This document shows, one piece after another, positions 38,461 to 48,796 of a stretch of DNA of 64,000 bases. The stretch is taken from contig OZ223236.1 of the NCBI GenBank assembly GCA_965140445.1, positions 288,001-352,000 of the forward strand. The letters run 5' to 3'. The DNA is from Candidatus Ozemobacteraceae bacterium. GTDB lineage: Bacteria > Muiribacteriota > Ozemobacteria > Ozemobacterales > Ozemobacteraceae. Below the pieces are notes generated by a model, which saw only the letters and a program-made list of their open reading frames with translations, made no database searches and had not been told where the DNA came from. Position numbers and translations under genes: made by a program. How positions within the stretch are numbered: position 1 is the stretch's first letter; each line of letters starts with the position of its first letter.

Positions 38461-39534
38461 TTATTTTTTTCCGATACGGGTAAATATCATACGGCCAGCG
38501 GCAGTTTGCAGAATATTGCTTACAGTAGTGCTAACTGTTTCGCCAACCCGGTTGCCCCCGTCCTCGACAACCACCATAGTTCCATCAGATAGAAAAGCCA
38601 CTCCCTGACACGGTTCCTTACCTGTTTTAACTATTTTTACCTCTAATGCTTCTCCACTTAAAAAGATCGGTTTCAAAGCATTGGCGAGATCATTCAAATT
38701 CAGAACATTAACTTTATCAAGCTCAGCAACCTTTTTAAGGTTGTAGTCCTGAGTAATAAGTACTGCTTTAACGTCTGCGGCCAGCTTAACAAGTTTGGCA
38801 TCTACTTCAGAAACATCTTTATAATCTTTTTCATGGATAACAACGTGGTCTGGAAACTCTTTCTGGAGATTTGTTAAGCTAACAAGTCCTTTTCTTCCCT
38901 TTTCTCTTTTCAGGTCATCAGAAGAATCCGCCAAAAACTGTAATTCGTTTATTACAAAACGCGGAATCAAAATATCGCCCTCAAGAAATCCCAATCTGAA
39001 AAGATCAGAAAATCTTCCATCAATAACGGCGCTGGTATCAATAACCTTAGGGCGTGTTCCAGACATGTTGTTGTTTACTTTTACCTGAAATTTTCGATAT
39101 CTAATAAGTATTTTCATACCCAGATAAGCAAATAACAGGTTGAAGGTCAAAGGAATAACCAAATGAAAAAAAGGAACTAATGAATTGATATACTTATTAT
39201 CAAACTTAACCTCGCCAAACCCTTTATACATAAGGAAATAAACGGGTATAAAAAGAAGATTTGCACTAATTAATCCTGCTAATACCCCAAGCGCACTCCA
39301 GGCGAGTTCATAGCTGTTTGTATTTTCAATTCTTTCTTCAAGCCACATCTGCAATTCTCTGCCAGCCATAGAGCATATAAGATACCCTATAAAACCAAGC
39401 AAAGCAGCCAATGTAACTTCAGGATTTTCAACTTCAATTATATTTTCGTATTCAGAGGCGGTTGCGTATCCAACAGCGACACCAACGATGGTTCCTGTTA
39501 AAACTAATAGAGATCTTAAAAATTGGAAAATCAT
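38461..39534 (-). CDS. Membrane-anchored PIN/TRAM domain protein (YacL family)
   Basis: TM helices, KVIDTSAVIDGR, TQDYNLKKVA and LQTAAGRMIF; start ATG 39534 with SD GGAGG and upstream TTGCTA-17-TATCTT. Confidence 0.93.
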   Translation of the reverse strand: MIFQFLRSLLVLTGTIVGVAVGYATASEYENIIEVENPEVTLAALLGFIGYLICSMAGRELQMWLEERIENTNSYELAWSALGVLAGLISANLLFIPVYFLMYKGFGEVKFDNKYINSLVPFFHLVIPLTFNLLFAYLGMKILIRYRKFQVKVNNNMSGTRPKVIDTSAVIDGRFSDLFRLGFLEGDILIPRFVINELQFLADSSDDLKREKGRKGLVSLTNLQKEFPDHVVIHEKDYKDVSEVDAKLVKLAADVKAVLITQDYNLKKVAELDKVNVLNLNDLANALKPIFLSGEALEVKIVKTGKEPCQGVAFLSDGTMVVVEDGGNRVGETVSTTVSNILQTAAGRMIFTRIGKK

Positions 39535-39687
39535 TCTACACCCCTCCGAGGCAAAGTAAGATAACATGAACGGAAATCTTTAGCAATGCGGTGCACAATT
39601 TTTTATTGTTTTTTTTCAACAGCCATGTACAGAACATGCATGCGGAAATTTTAAGTGTTCTGGGGAAATTAGTTTAAAAATATCAGC

Positions 39688-40476
39688 CTATGGGGTTAAA
39701 TATGGGTTAGTTGGCTCGGGAATTTTAAAAATTCTCTCTGCCTTTAAAACAGGTGCTGGTTGCCCTTCAACCTTAGTTTCCTCAAGAATTCCCTCAATCT
39801 GTATCCAGTCTTCATTTTTAATTCCCTCTGGAATCGACCCAGTTACAAGAACAGCGAATGGTTGAGCATCTGCAACACAGCAAATCATTAAAAACCTGAA
39901 AACAACCCATGTCCCTTCAGGCAAACCAGGGGTCTTTTCGATATATATTCCATTGGAGATGATTTTTTTTCCTATCAATTTTTCGAAATTCTTATGAACT
40001 TCCAGAAGAGTAACTTCCTGAGGTAATCTAGCTGCAACAGATGCAACAACGAGTTCATCAGTCAAACTGGCGTCTTTGCTAACTTCACCAGAATAAACAT
40101 CGCCTACATTTATTCTTCCACCTCTTTTTATGCTCCCAATTGCTCTTTTTTCAAACGCAAAAGTTCCAAGCCTATTTGATTGAATATTTAATAGAAACAT
40201 AAGCGGCAAAAACAGTATTGCAATTCTTATGGTCTTTGGGTGATGCGTATTCTCACAACAAGAGTGCTCATGTTTGTCTTCTCCTCCCAGGAATAGAACC
40301 AGGAAAAAAAGTCCGCATAAAATAAAAGCGAAAAGGACAAGCCAACCAAACTTAGGATTTAAAAAATCTGTGTAGTCTCCAGAAAAATAGTAAATTGCAA
40401 AAATCCCTGCCCAAAAAAGAAAAACACCATAAGAAGCTATATGATCAAAACCAGGGGTAGAAATGTTTTTTTTCAC
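39688..40476 (-). CDS. TIGR03943/DUF1980 family (YcgQ-like) putative permease subunit
   Basis: Three TM helices, His/Cys-rich loop, RFLMICCVADAQP and EPTNPYL. Confidence 0.85.
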   Translation of the reverse strand: MKKNISTPGFDHIASYGVFLFWAGIFAIYYFSGDYTDFLNPKFGWLVLFAFILCGLFFLVLFLGGEDKHEHSCCENTHHPKTIRIAILFLPLMFLLNIQSNRLGTFAFEKRAIGSIKRGGRINVGDVYSGEVSKDASLTDELVVASVAARLPQEVTLLEVHKNFEKLIGKKIISNGIYIEKTPGLPEGTWVVFRFLMICCVADAQPFAVLVTGSIPEGIKNEDWIQIEGILEETKVEGQPAPVLKAERIFKIPEPTNPYLTP

Positions 40477-41555
40477 AAAACTCCTCCTGGCAGTAAATAA
40501 GAAGCAAGGTAAACATATAAGTATGAAATTCCACAGGTTAAAATTGCTAGATAAATAGCAGTTTTTCTTGAGAAAACACTGAAATACATTAAGAATAATT
40601 TAATATCAAACATTGGCCCAAGGACAAGGAATCCCATTTGCCCATAAAGAGGAACCGAACTTCTGAAAGAGGCTGCGACGAAAGCATCGGCCTCAGAGCA
40701 TAAATTAAGCGCAATGGCTAGAATCATCATCAAAAGAATCGAAACGCCCCTTCCAGACATCACCTCAATAACAGCCTGACGATCAAGCAATGTTTGTATA
40801 ACAGCGGCAAAAAATGCACCAACAACTAGAAAACAGCCAACCTCAACAAAATCCTGTGCTGCATGCCTAACAGCCTTTACCAGGCGATAAAAAAGGCCAC
40901 TTTTGGAATTGTTTGCATTAGCATGCTCGTCATGGGCGCACTCAGAATGTGAACAACACTTTGCCTCAACTTTTTGGTTATGTGAACTTTCACCACTTGA
41001 GCTTTCCTGCATGTTTTCGCTCAATCTCTCATTTTCTGGAATAGCCTTATTCATTATCCAGCCTACAGAAATGGCCACGAAGTAGCCCAAGCCAAGTCGA
41101 AGCAAAACTATTCGCCAGTCATAAAAATATGCTACAGCTGTGGAAGTTGCCACCAAGGGGTTAAAGATTGGCCCAGCCAACAAATATGCAATGGCAGCGG
41201 AGAACGGAATTCCTTTTTTCAAAAGTCTTCGAACAACTGGAACAATTGCGCATTCGCAAACAGGAAAAATAAACCCTATAGCGGCAGCTATAAAAACAGT
41301 GTATCGACTTTTTGAAGGCAAAATACTTACAACACGGTCTCTTGAAACAAATTCTTCAATCAGTCCTCCGGCCAGGGAGCCAATAAGCATGAAAGGAATT
41401 GCTTCAAACAGAATGCTGAGAAAAACAATAGAAAAGGTTCTCATTTTTTCTGTTTCGGGCCAGAAAAACGCAAATGCTGTTGCAATAATTACAAAAATTC
41501 TTGGGGCGAAAAACTCTATTTTTTGAATTATTCCTTTTTTTGGCTTAACTGTCAT
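40473..41555 (-). CDS. Predicted permease (ArsP_1/YcgR-like)
   Basis: EAIPFMLIG, FPVCECAIVPV, LCSEADAFVA and GPMFDIK; His/Cys-rich loop. Confidence 0.88.
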   Translation of the reverse strand: MTVKPKKGIIQKIEFFAPRIFVIIATAFAFFWPETEKMRTFSIVFLSILFEAIPFMLIGSLAGGLIEEFVSRDRVVSILPSKSRYTVFIAAAIGFIFPVCECAIVPVVRRLLKKGIPFSAAIAYLLAGPIFNPLVATSTAVAYFYDWRIVLLRLGLGYFVAISVGWIMNKAIPENERLSENMQESSSGESSHNQKVEAKCCSHSECAHDEHANANNSKSGLFYRLVKAVRHAAQDFVEVGCFLVVGAFFAAVIQTLLDRQAVIEVMSGRGVSILLMMILAIALNLCSEADAFVAASFRSSVPLYGQMGFLVLGPMFDIKLFLMYFSVFSRKTAIYLAILTCGISYLYVYLASYLLPGGVL

Positions 41556-41556
41556 A

Positions 41557-42438
41557 TTAATTTGATTCCGAAGCGTTTTTGGGGTCTTTTACCCGAACTT
41601 TTGCGGGCAAAAGAGTTGTTACTAATAGTGTTAGAAAGTAGCAGCCACCGGCTAACACGATAGTCAGAGCGCCAGAAGGCAAATCAGGCTCATAACTCAG
41701 AACCAGACCAGCCGTTGTAAATAAGGTTCCAGCAAAAATTGATGAAATCATGATAGCCCACAGGCGATTAAAGAATTTAGTTGAAATAGCAACAGGAAGA
41801 GTTAATAAGGCTATAACCATTATAATTCCCACAATGTTTACCATCAAAACAACTGTCAAAGCGACAATACAAAGCAAAAGCATATAAAAGGCTTTTACCG
41901 GCATCCCTCTTGTTCTTGAAAACTCTTCATCAAAACACACTGCCAATAGTTGATTATAAAAAATCAGAACCAGACTTATTACAACTGCGTCCAGAGCCAA
42001 CATTAAATATATATCCGCTTGCGAAACCATTAAAATGTTTCCAAACAAATAGCTCATCAAATCTTCATTGTAACCTGGAGTTTTAAAGATAAAAAGAATC
42101 CCACAGGCCATCCCGAAAGCCCATAGAGAGCTAATTACCGTATCTTCTCTTTCCTTTGAGTTTAAGCTTACAAGTCCAATAATTATCGCCGAGACTACCG
42201 CGGAAATTACGGCTCCCACAGATGGTGTAAGCCATTCCCAGCCCCATACAGTTGAGAAATATTTTGCTGCTCCAAGTCCACCTAGAATACAATGAGCAAT
42301 CGCAGCAGCAATATAAGTAATTCTTCTTACAACTACGTAGGTTCCAACAATGCCACCAGCAATACTGCACAAAAACCCTGCAATAATAGCGTTTTGAAGG
42401 AACCCATGATTCGCTAAATCTGTCAGGAATGAGGACAT
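41557..42438 (-). CDS. znuB: Zn/Mn ABC transporter permease
   Basis: ABC-3 pattern GTYVVVRR..IAH, YLFGNIL and FDEEF; start ATG 42438 with SD GGAGG. Confidence 0.9.
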   Translation of the reverse strand: MSSFLTDLANHGFLQNAIIAGFLCSIAGGIVGTYVVVRRITYIAAAIAHCILGGLGAAKYFSTVWGWEWLTPSVGAVISAVVSAIIIGLVSLNSKEREDTVISSLWAFGMACGILFIFKTPGYNEDLMSYLFGNILMVSQADIYLMLALDAVVISLVLIFYNQLLAVCFDEEFSRTRGMPVKAFYMLLLCIVALTVVLMVNIVGIIMVIALLTLPVAISTKFFNRLWAIMISSIFAGTLFTTAGLVLSYEPDLPSGALTIVLAGGCYFLTLLVTTLLPAKVRVKDPKNASESN

Positions 42439-43202
42439 GAATGGCCCTCCTCTGAACACCTATGATCGTGCCTTATAATATGCACATCAAGGCCATAGAT
42501 TTTTTGAAGAACCTCTCCAGTTAATTCAGAAGTGGGGTGAATCTGAAGGGTTTGACGAATACAGATTACGCTTTTCACTTTTTTGGAAACAAAGCCAATA
42601 TCATGTGAAACAATCATGATGCTATACTTTTGATTTAGCGTTTCAAATAAATCATATAGCTTTTCTGTACCATGAACATCAACATTTGCTGTTGGTTCAT
42701 CGAGAAGTAAAAGTTTTGGCTCGCTGACCAGAGCTCTTGCAAGCAGAACCCTCTGACGCTGTCCTCCGGAGAGTTCACAAAAACCTTTGCTTGCTATATC
42801 ACCAGCACCAACTACTTCAAGTACTTCTCCAGCTTTCCGTTTTTGCTCTTTACTGTATCTTCCCCAGCTAAAAGAACTATTTAGGCACCCCATCAAAACA
42901 ACTTCCATAACACTTACAGGAAAACTTGCATCAAATTTTGCCACCTGCGGAACATAGCCAATAGAGGAAAGAGCAGACTCTGGCTTACTACCGAAAACTT
43001 CAACTGTTCCTTTTGAAGGCTTAATCAGTCCAAGAATCAGCTTTATAAAAGTTGTCTTGCCTCCCCCGTTAGGGCCAACAATACAAGCAAAATCCCCTGG
43101 TGCAACGTCCACATTTACATTTTGTAAAACCGTAATTCCATCTTCGTAGGCAAAATCAACGTCAGTGAACTTAATTATTGGGGAAGTTGTGGAGGAGATC
43201 AT
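42423..43202 (-). CDS. znuC: Zn/Mn ABC transporter ATP-binding protein
   Basis: GPNGGGKTT, LSGGQRQRV, LLLDEPT and VSHD. Confidence 0.92.
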   Translation of the reverse strand: MISSTTSPIIKFTDVDFAYEDGITVLQNVNVDVAPGDFACIVGPNGGGKTTFIKLILGLIKPSKGTVEVFGSKPESALSSIGYVPQVAKFDASFPVSVMEVVLMGCLNSSFSWGRYSKEQKRKAGEVLEVVGAGDIASKGFCELSGGQRQRVLLARALVSEPKLLLLDEPTANVDVHGTEKLYDLFETLNQKYSIMIVSHDIGFVSKKVKSVICIRQTLQIHPTSELTGEVLQKIYGLDVHIIRHDHRCSEEGHSCPHS

Positions 43203-44131
43203 TTTTCATTCTCAACAGAATCTGGATATCCTGCTCTTAAAGCGGAGGCCAGGTCATTAAGATTTTTAAGATAATCTTCCTGTAAAGGATCTATTTGAAC
43301 AACTTTTCCTGAAATCGCATTCGCTATGGTTTGTGCAGCCTTTGTTGAAAACTGTTTTTGCACAAAGATTATTTTTACCTTTTCTTGCTTAGCTTTTCGA
43401 ATGAGACCAACCATCTGCCTTGGAGTGGGTTCTTTTCCTTCAATTTCGATGGCTTCCTGCAACAAACCGAATCTGTCCGCAAAATATCCAAAAGCTGGAT
43501 GAAAAACCAGCATGATATTGCCCTTTAATGGCGCCAAAGTTTTAGATAGTTCATCAGTAAGTTTATCAAGCTCTTTTGAAAAGAGGACAAGATTTGAATT
43601 AAATAACTCAGATTTGTCTGGAAATACTGTTTTTAAGGCTTTTGCTATGTTTTCAGCCTGTTTTTTTACCAGGACTGGATCTAACCAAATATGTGGGTCC
43701 AAGGAACCTTCTTCATGGCCACATTCGTCTTCGCAGTCATGAGCGGCCTTCATTACTCTTTTTTTTATCCCTTCATCAGTGGAAACTATTTTTAATTCAG
43801 GATTTAAAGACTTCAACCTCTCCAGAAAAGCGTTCTCAAAAGGGACCCCAATGCTGAAATAAATTGAAGCATTACTTAATCCAGTAACCTGCCTTGGGGT
43901 TGGTTCATACGTTGAAGGTGAGTGACCTGGTTTAACCATCACTTCTACTTCAACTAAGGACCCAGCAATCTTTTCAACAAAGTATTTTTGAGGGAGAATG
44001 CTAACAAAAATTTTATTTGTCTTTTCGTGAAAATCTGCGCCCCATAATGGGGCGCTGATAATTATACTGAAAAACAGGCAGAGAACTTTGAAAACAATTC
44101 TCTTACCAGAATTATTCGGGGCAGTAGTCAT
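43199..44131 (-). CDS. znuA: Zn ABC transporter substrate-binding protein
   Basis: YEPTP, His/Cys/acidic loop, DPHIWLDP, FHPAFGYF and EGKEP. Confidence 0.92.
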   Translation of the reverse strand: MTTAPNNSGKRIVFKVLCLFFSIIISAPLWGADFHEKTNKIFVSILPQKYFVEKIAGSLVEVEVMVKPGHSPSTYEPTPRQVTGLSNASIYFSIGVPFENAFLERLKSLNPELKIVSTDEGIKKRVMKAAHDCEDECGHEEGSLDPHIWLDPVLVKKQAENIAKALKTVFPDKSELFNSNLVLFSKELDKLTDELSKTLAPLKGNIMLVFHPAFGYFADRFGLLQEAIEIEGKEPTPRQMVGLIRKAKQEKVKIIFVQKQFSTKAAQTIANAISGKVVQIDPLQEDYLKNLNDLASALRAGYPDSVENEK

Positions 44132-44393
44132 GATTTTCTTCGTCAGCTTCCTTACAGATAAAGTGAGTTTCAGCGCATTTCATACACTTCTTCAGTTCAT
44201 GAGTTTCAGCAAATTTTTCCCAACAGGTCAACTGGGATGGTGTGAGAACACCTGAACCATTACACATTGGGCAAGTACTATTCAATGCTTCAAGAATAGC
44301 CTTTCTAATAAACTCAGATCTATTTGGCATAGCCTGCAATATCTCTAGTAATTTTGGATCAACCTTGAAAGTAACCGTATCAGCCTTTTTCAA
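44112..44393 (-). CDS. Ribbon-helix-helix (CopG-like) regulator with C-terminal Cys/His metal-binding motifs
   Basis: TVTFKV...NRSEFIRKAI RHH; CPMCNGSG; H...CMKC...H..C; TTG start with SD GGAGG. Confidence 0.8.
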   Translation of the reverse strand: MKKADTVTFKVDPKLLEILQAMPNRSEFIRKAILEALNSTCPMCNGSGVLTPSQLTCWEKFAETHELKKCMKCAETHFICKEADEENHDYCPE

Positions 44394-44412
44394 ACTCCAA
44401 CCTCCGCTCTGT

Positions 44413-44441
44413 ATTATAAAATGTCACCGAATCAAATTCAA
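44413..44441 (-). promoter_or_regulatory. sigma70 promoter of the RHH-znu operon
   Basis: TTGAAT-17 nt-TATAAT. Confidence 0.75.
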
Positions 44442-44456
44442 GCCTTAACAGAGAAT

Positions 44457-45821
44457 TTACAAAAATACTCTATCCAAAGCTTCCTTTATTGTCTCTACTT
44501 TGATTATACCATCTTGTTCTTTTATTTCACTTTGTTTTGAAACCATGAACCTTTTAAAACCAAATCTTCGCCCTTCATTTATTCTTCTATCTATTTGCGA
44601 GACTGGTCTAATTTCTCCCGTAAGTGTCAATTCTCCTGCTAGAAGCAAATCAGACGGAACTGCCTTATCAAAAGCACTCCCAGCCATTGCCATAGCCAAA
44701 CCCAAATCACCTCCTGGCTCTGAAAGTTTCAATCCTCCCGCCACGTTTACAAACACATCTCTGTTATAAAACTTCATCCCTCCATGCTTTTCCAGAACCG
44801 CGAGAACAAGATTCAATTTATTTGAATCCACCCCCGAAACAACGCGGCGAGGCATGGGCAAAAAGGATTGAGTAACCAAAGACTGCAGCTCAGTCAAAAT
44901 GCATCTGGAACCCTGCAAAACAGGAACAACTACAACTCCTGAAGACTCCAGACGTTTTCTACTTACAAATAAGTCTGACGGGTTAGTTATTGGAAGAAGG
45001 CCTTTATCTGTCATCTGAAAAACCGCGACTTCCCCCGTTGCCCCAAATCTATTTTTGAAAACCCGTAAAATTCTAAAATTAGAGTTCACATCGCCCTCAA
45101 AATAGAGGACAGTATCAACAATATGTTCCAGTATTTTCGGGCCAGCAATAGCTCCATCCTTGGTCACATGACCAATAATAAATACTGGCAGGCCTCTATC
45201 TTTTCCAAACCTGGTAAGAATAGCGGCACACTCCCGGATTTGACTAACAGATCCTGGAGTTGAATCCATTTGAGAGGTAAAAACGGTTTGAATTGAATCA
45301 ACAATCAGCAATCTTGGAAGATGATTTATAACTCCTTGCAAAGCAGAGTCGATATTTTGTTCAGATAGCAAAATAATATTTTCACCACTTCCAACTCTCA
45401 ATCTTTCAGCGCGAAGTTTTATCTGAGTTGCAGACTCTTCCCCGGAAAGATATGCAAGCGGCTTTAAATTAACCCCAAGTCGGGCAGCTAATTGAAGCAT
45501 GAAAGTTGATTTTCCGACTCCCGGTTCGCCTCCGATGAGTGTTATACCACCAGGAACAATTCCTCCGCCTATAAGCTCATCGAAAATATCGATACCACTG
45601 GCCCAGCGAGAGATGTCTTCGACCTTTATATCATCCAGAGACTGAAACATTGAATAGCTTGAAGAATCATTAATTCCCATTGCAGGCATTTTTCTTCCTG
45701 AAGGCTGAATCTTTTCCTGGACAAGAGTGTTCCATTCCTGACAACCAGAGCACTGGCCCTGCCATTTAGTATGGGGGTGCCCGCAACTTTGGCACAGGAA
45801 TGAGGTTCTAACTTTTGCCAT
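44457..45821 (-). CDS. radA: DNA repair protein RadA/Sms
   Basis: C4 zinc finger, GEPGVGKST, KNRFG motif and Lon-like C-terminus. Confidence 0.97.
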   Translation of the reverse strand: MAKVRTSFLCQSCGHPHTKWQGQCSGCQEWNTLVQEKIQPSGRKMPAMGINDSSSYSMFQSLDDIKVEDISRWASGIDIFDELIGGGIVPGGITLIGGEPGVGKSTFMLQLAARLGVNLKPLAYLSGEESATQIKLRAERLRVGSGENIILLSEQNIDSALQGVINHLPRLLIVDSIQTVFTSQMDSTPGSVSQIRECAAILTRFGKDRGLPVFIIGHVTKDGAIAGPKILEHIVDTVLYFEGDVNSNFRILRVFKNRFGATGEVAVFQMTDKGLLPITNPSDLFVSRKRLESSGVVVVPVLQGSRCILTELQSLVTQSFLPMPRRVVSGVDSNKLNLVLAVLEKHGGMKFYNRDVFVNVAGGLKLSEPGGDLGLAMAMAGSAFDKAVPSDLLLAGELTLTGEIRPVSQIDRRINEGRRFGFKRFMVSKQSEIKEQDGIIKVETIKEALDRVFL

Positions 45822-48784
45822 TACTTCTTTTTACCCTTTTTCTCGGTTTTGCTGTCTTTTTCCGCTTTGGTAGCTTTACTACTTCTAGCAGCTTTATTAC
45901 TGCTGGATGATTTTGGAGATTTCTTTTTTTCTTTTTGAATATGCCCTCTGCTGAATTCTTCTGCGAGGAATTTTCCCGTAAGTGAATCGGGATTTGCAGC
46001 AACCTCTTCAGGTGTGCCCTGAGCAACGATCTGTCCGCCACCTTCTCCGCCTTCTGGGCCCAGGTCAATTATATAATCCGCCGTCTTTATAACGTCCAAA
46101 TTATGTTCAACAACCACAATGGTATTTCCCTTATCAACAAGCCTCTTTAGAACGCTCAGCAAACACTTGACGTCCTGAAAATGAAGTCCTGTGGTTGGTT
46201 CATCCAGGAGGTAAAAAGTTGATCCGGTAGCCATTTTTGAGAGCTCTGTGGCTAATTTTATTCTCTGGGCTTCCCCCCCTGAAAGGGTTGTGCTGGCCTG
46301 TCCCAGGGTAATGTATCCAAGTCCAACATCATTTAATGTTTTAAGTTTGCGATGAATAGCTCTAAATGGTTCAAAAAAGTGGAAAGCATCTTTAACAGTC
46401 ATATTGAGAACTTCAGCAATATTTAGTCCTTTGAATTTAACCTTTAAAGTTTCATCGTTAAACCTCAAACCCTTACATTGCTCGCATGTAACATAAACAT
46501 CAGGCAAAAAATGCATTTCGATCTGAATTTGTCCAGATCCTTCACAAACCTCACAACGTCCACCCTTAACGTTAAAACTAAATCTTCCAGGTAAATATCC
46601 TCGAGTTTTTGCTTCAACCGTCTGTGCAAAAAGATCTCTTACCGGAGTAAAAATGCCGGTATAAGTAGCCGGATTGGATCTTGGGGTTCTTCCAATTGGG
46701 TTTTGATCAATATTGACAACCTTATCAATGAATTCCAGGCCTTCAAGTTTCTTGAACTTGCCAACATCATGACGAGACCTATTTATCAGATTGTTTAAAA
46801 GTGGATAAAGAGTGTCGCTAACCAAGCTGGACTTTCCAGATCCAGAGACCCCTGTAACCACAATTAGTTTCCCAAGGGGAATTTTAACATCAATATTTTT
46901 CAAATTATTATGGGTCGCGCCAAGCAACTTTATAAACTTTCCGTTGCCTTCCCGTCTTTCAGCCGGAATAGAAATAAACTCCCTGCCCGAAAGAAACTTT
47001 CCTGTCATGCTACCGTCAAAGGCAATTACCTCAGCAGGAGTTCCATCCACAACTAATGTTCCACCCTCCACACCAGCTCCTGGTCCCAAATCAATAAGGT
47101 GATCTGCTTCAACCATAATTTCACGGTCATGCTCAACGACTAAAACTGTATTACCAATGTCTCTAAGCTGCTTAAGAGTATCAATCAAACGACGATTGTC
47201 CCGTGGATGCAAGCCAATACTGGGTTCATCAAGAACATAAGTAATGCCTACCAGAGCTGAACCAATCTGAGTAGCAAGTCTGATCCTCTGAGCCTCTCCT
47301 CCAGAGAGGGTGTGAGCTGCCCTGGACAAATTCAAATAATCAAGCCCAACATCTTTTAGAAATTTAAGCCTGCTTCTTATTTGCTCTAACACCTTTTTAC
47401 AAATAAAGGCTTCTCTTTTAGACAATTCCATCTCATTGAAAAAATCAACCAGATCACCAACCGAATGCTGGGTCATGTCATGAATATTTTCGTCCTTTAC
47501 CTTTACTGCAAGTGCTACGGGGCCAAGTCTTTTTCCATCACACTCCTGACATGATTGGGTTCTCATAAACCTTTCATAAAAACGCCTTGCACCTTCAGAA
47601 CGAGTCTCTTTATATCTTCGAGAAAGAGTCGGAATAACTCCCTCAAAAGGCTTACTGATAGATCCAGCCATGGTTCTACCCTTGTAGTTCACATTTATAA
47701 CCTTGTTTCCGGAACCATACAAAATTGCATTTTTGGCTTCGGCTGATAAGTCCTTATAGGGAGTATTCATGGAAAAGCTATAGTGTTTTGCGAGCCCTTC
47801 CATCCATTGTCGGGAAAAAGTTGCATCGGTAAAATTCTCAGACGCAATTGCCCCCTGTCCAACAGATAGTTTTTCATCAGGAATCACTAATTCAGGATCA
47901 ACGATAAGTTGAAAGCCTAATCCGGAACAGCAAGAACAGGAACCATAGGGCGCGTTAAAAGAAAAAAGCCTGGGTTTAATTTCAGGCAAACTAATTTCGC
48001 AGTGGCTGCATCTAAGATTTTCGCTGAATAGTTTTTCAGTTTCTTCCTCAGATTCAGGGGTTTTAACTATCACCAAAAGTTGGCCATCAGCGAGTTTGAA
48101 ACAGAGTTCAACACCTTCCTGCAGGCGGGCAGCAGTCATCTCTTCTTCGTCTTTTGAGAGTCTGACTCTGTCGACAGCGACCTCTATGTTGTGCTTTTTA
48201 TTGCGGTCAAGTTCAGGAAAATCTTCATCGTCAAGGCTCCAAAGATTACCATCAATTCTCACTCTTGAAAGACCTTCGCGTGAAAGTTCCTCAAAGATTT
48301 TCACAAATTCACCCTTCCTGCTTCTGACGATTGGTGCCAAAAGAGTAAATCTTGTATTTTCAGGAAGCTTCATCAAGCTATTAACAATCTGAGAAGGTGA
48401 TGAACTTGCAACTTCGCGTCCACAATCCGGACAATGGGGAGTTCCCACCGCAGCAAAAAGCAAACGAAAATAGTCATATAGTTCGGTTATTGTGCCAACG
48501 GTTGAACGTGGATTTCTGGACGTGGACTTTTGCTGAATAGCAATTGTAGGTGATAGTCCTTCAATGCTTTCTACATCCGGCTTTTCCATTTGCTGCAAAA
48601 ACTGTCTTGCATAAGTGGAAAGGGATTCCATATATCGACGCTGCCCTTCGGCATGGATGGTATCAAAAGCTAGTGAGGATTTACCAGAACCCGAAACACC
48701 AGTAATTACTGTAAGGGTTTTTCTTGGAATGTTTATAGAAAGATCTTTAAGATTGTGAACCTTGGCTTTGACTACGCGTATCAT
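45821..48784 (-). CDS. uvrA: Excinuclease ABC subunit A
   Basis: Two ABC ATPase modules (GVSGSGKSS, LSGGEAQRI), zinc fingers and a Lys-rich tail. Confidence 0.98.
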   Translation of the reverse strand: MIRVVKAKVHNLKDLSINIPRKTLTVITGVSGSGKSSLAFDTIHAEGQRRYMESLSTYARQFLQQMEKPDVESIEGLSPTIAIQQKSTSRNPRSTVGTITELYDYFRLLFAAVGTPHCPDCGREVASSSPSQIVNSLMKLPENTRFTLLAPIVRSRKGEFVKIFEELSREGLSRVRIDGNLWSLDDEDFPELDRNKKHNIEVAVDRVRLSKDEEEMTAARLQEGVELCFKLADGQLLVIVKTPESEEETEKLFSENLRCSHCEISLPEIKPRLFSFNAPYGSCSCCSGLGFQLIVDPELVIPDEKLSVGQGAIASENFTDATFSRQWMEGLAKHYSFSMNTPYKDLSAEAKNAILYGSGNKVINVNYKGRTMAGSISKPFEGVIPTLSRRYKETRSEGARRFYERFMRTQSCQECDGKRLGPVALAVKVKDENIHDMTQHSVGDLVDFFNEMELSKREAFICKKVLEQIRSRLKFLKDVGLDYLNLSRAAHTLSGGEAQRIRLATQIGSALVGITYVLDEPSIGLHPRDNRRLIDTLKQLRDIGNTVLVVEHDREIMVEADHLIDLGPGAGVEGGTLVVDGTPAEVIAFDGSMTGKFLSGREFISIPAERREGNGKFIKLLGATHNNLKNIDVKIPLGKLIVVTGVSGSGKSSLVSDTLYPLLNNLINRSRHDVGKFKKLEGLEFIDKVVNIDQNPIGRTPRSNPATYTGIFTPVRDLFAQTVEAKTRGYLPGRFSFNVKGGRCEVCEGSGQIQIEMHFLPDVYVTCEQCKGLRFNDETLKVKFKGLNIAEVLNMTVKDAFHFFEPFRAIHRKLKTLNDVGLGYITLGQASTTLSGGEAQRIKLATELSKMATGSTFYLLDEPTTGLHFQDVKCLLSVLKRLVDKGNTIVVVEHNLDVIKTADYIIDLGPEGGEGGGQIVAQGTPEEVAANPDSLTGKFLAEEFSRGHIQKEKKKSPKSSSSNKAARSSKATKAEKDSKTEKKGKKK

Positions 48785-48796
48785 TTTGGCTCTAAA

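Noticed and set aside
45808..46068. 86-aa basic ORF overlapping the end of uvrA
   Set aside because: Alternate-frame shadow of the A-rich uvrA tail, with no SD or motif.
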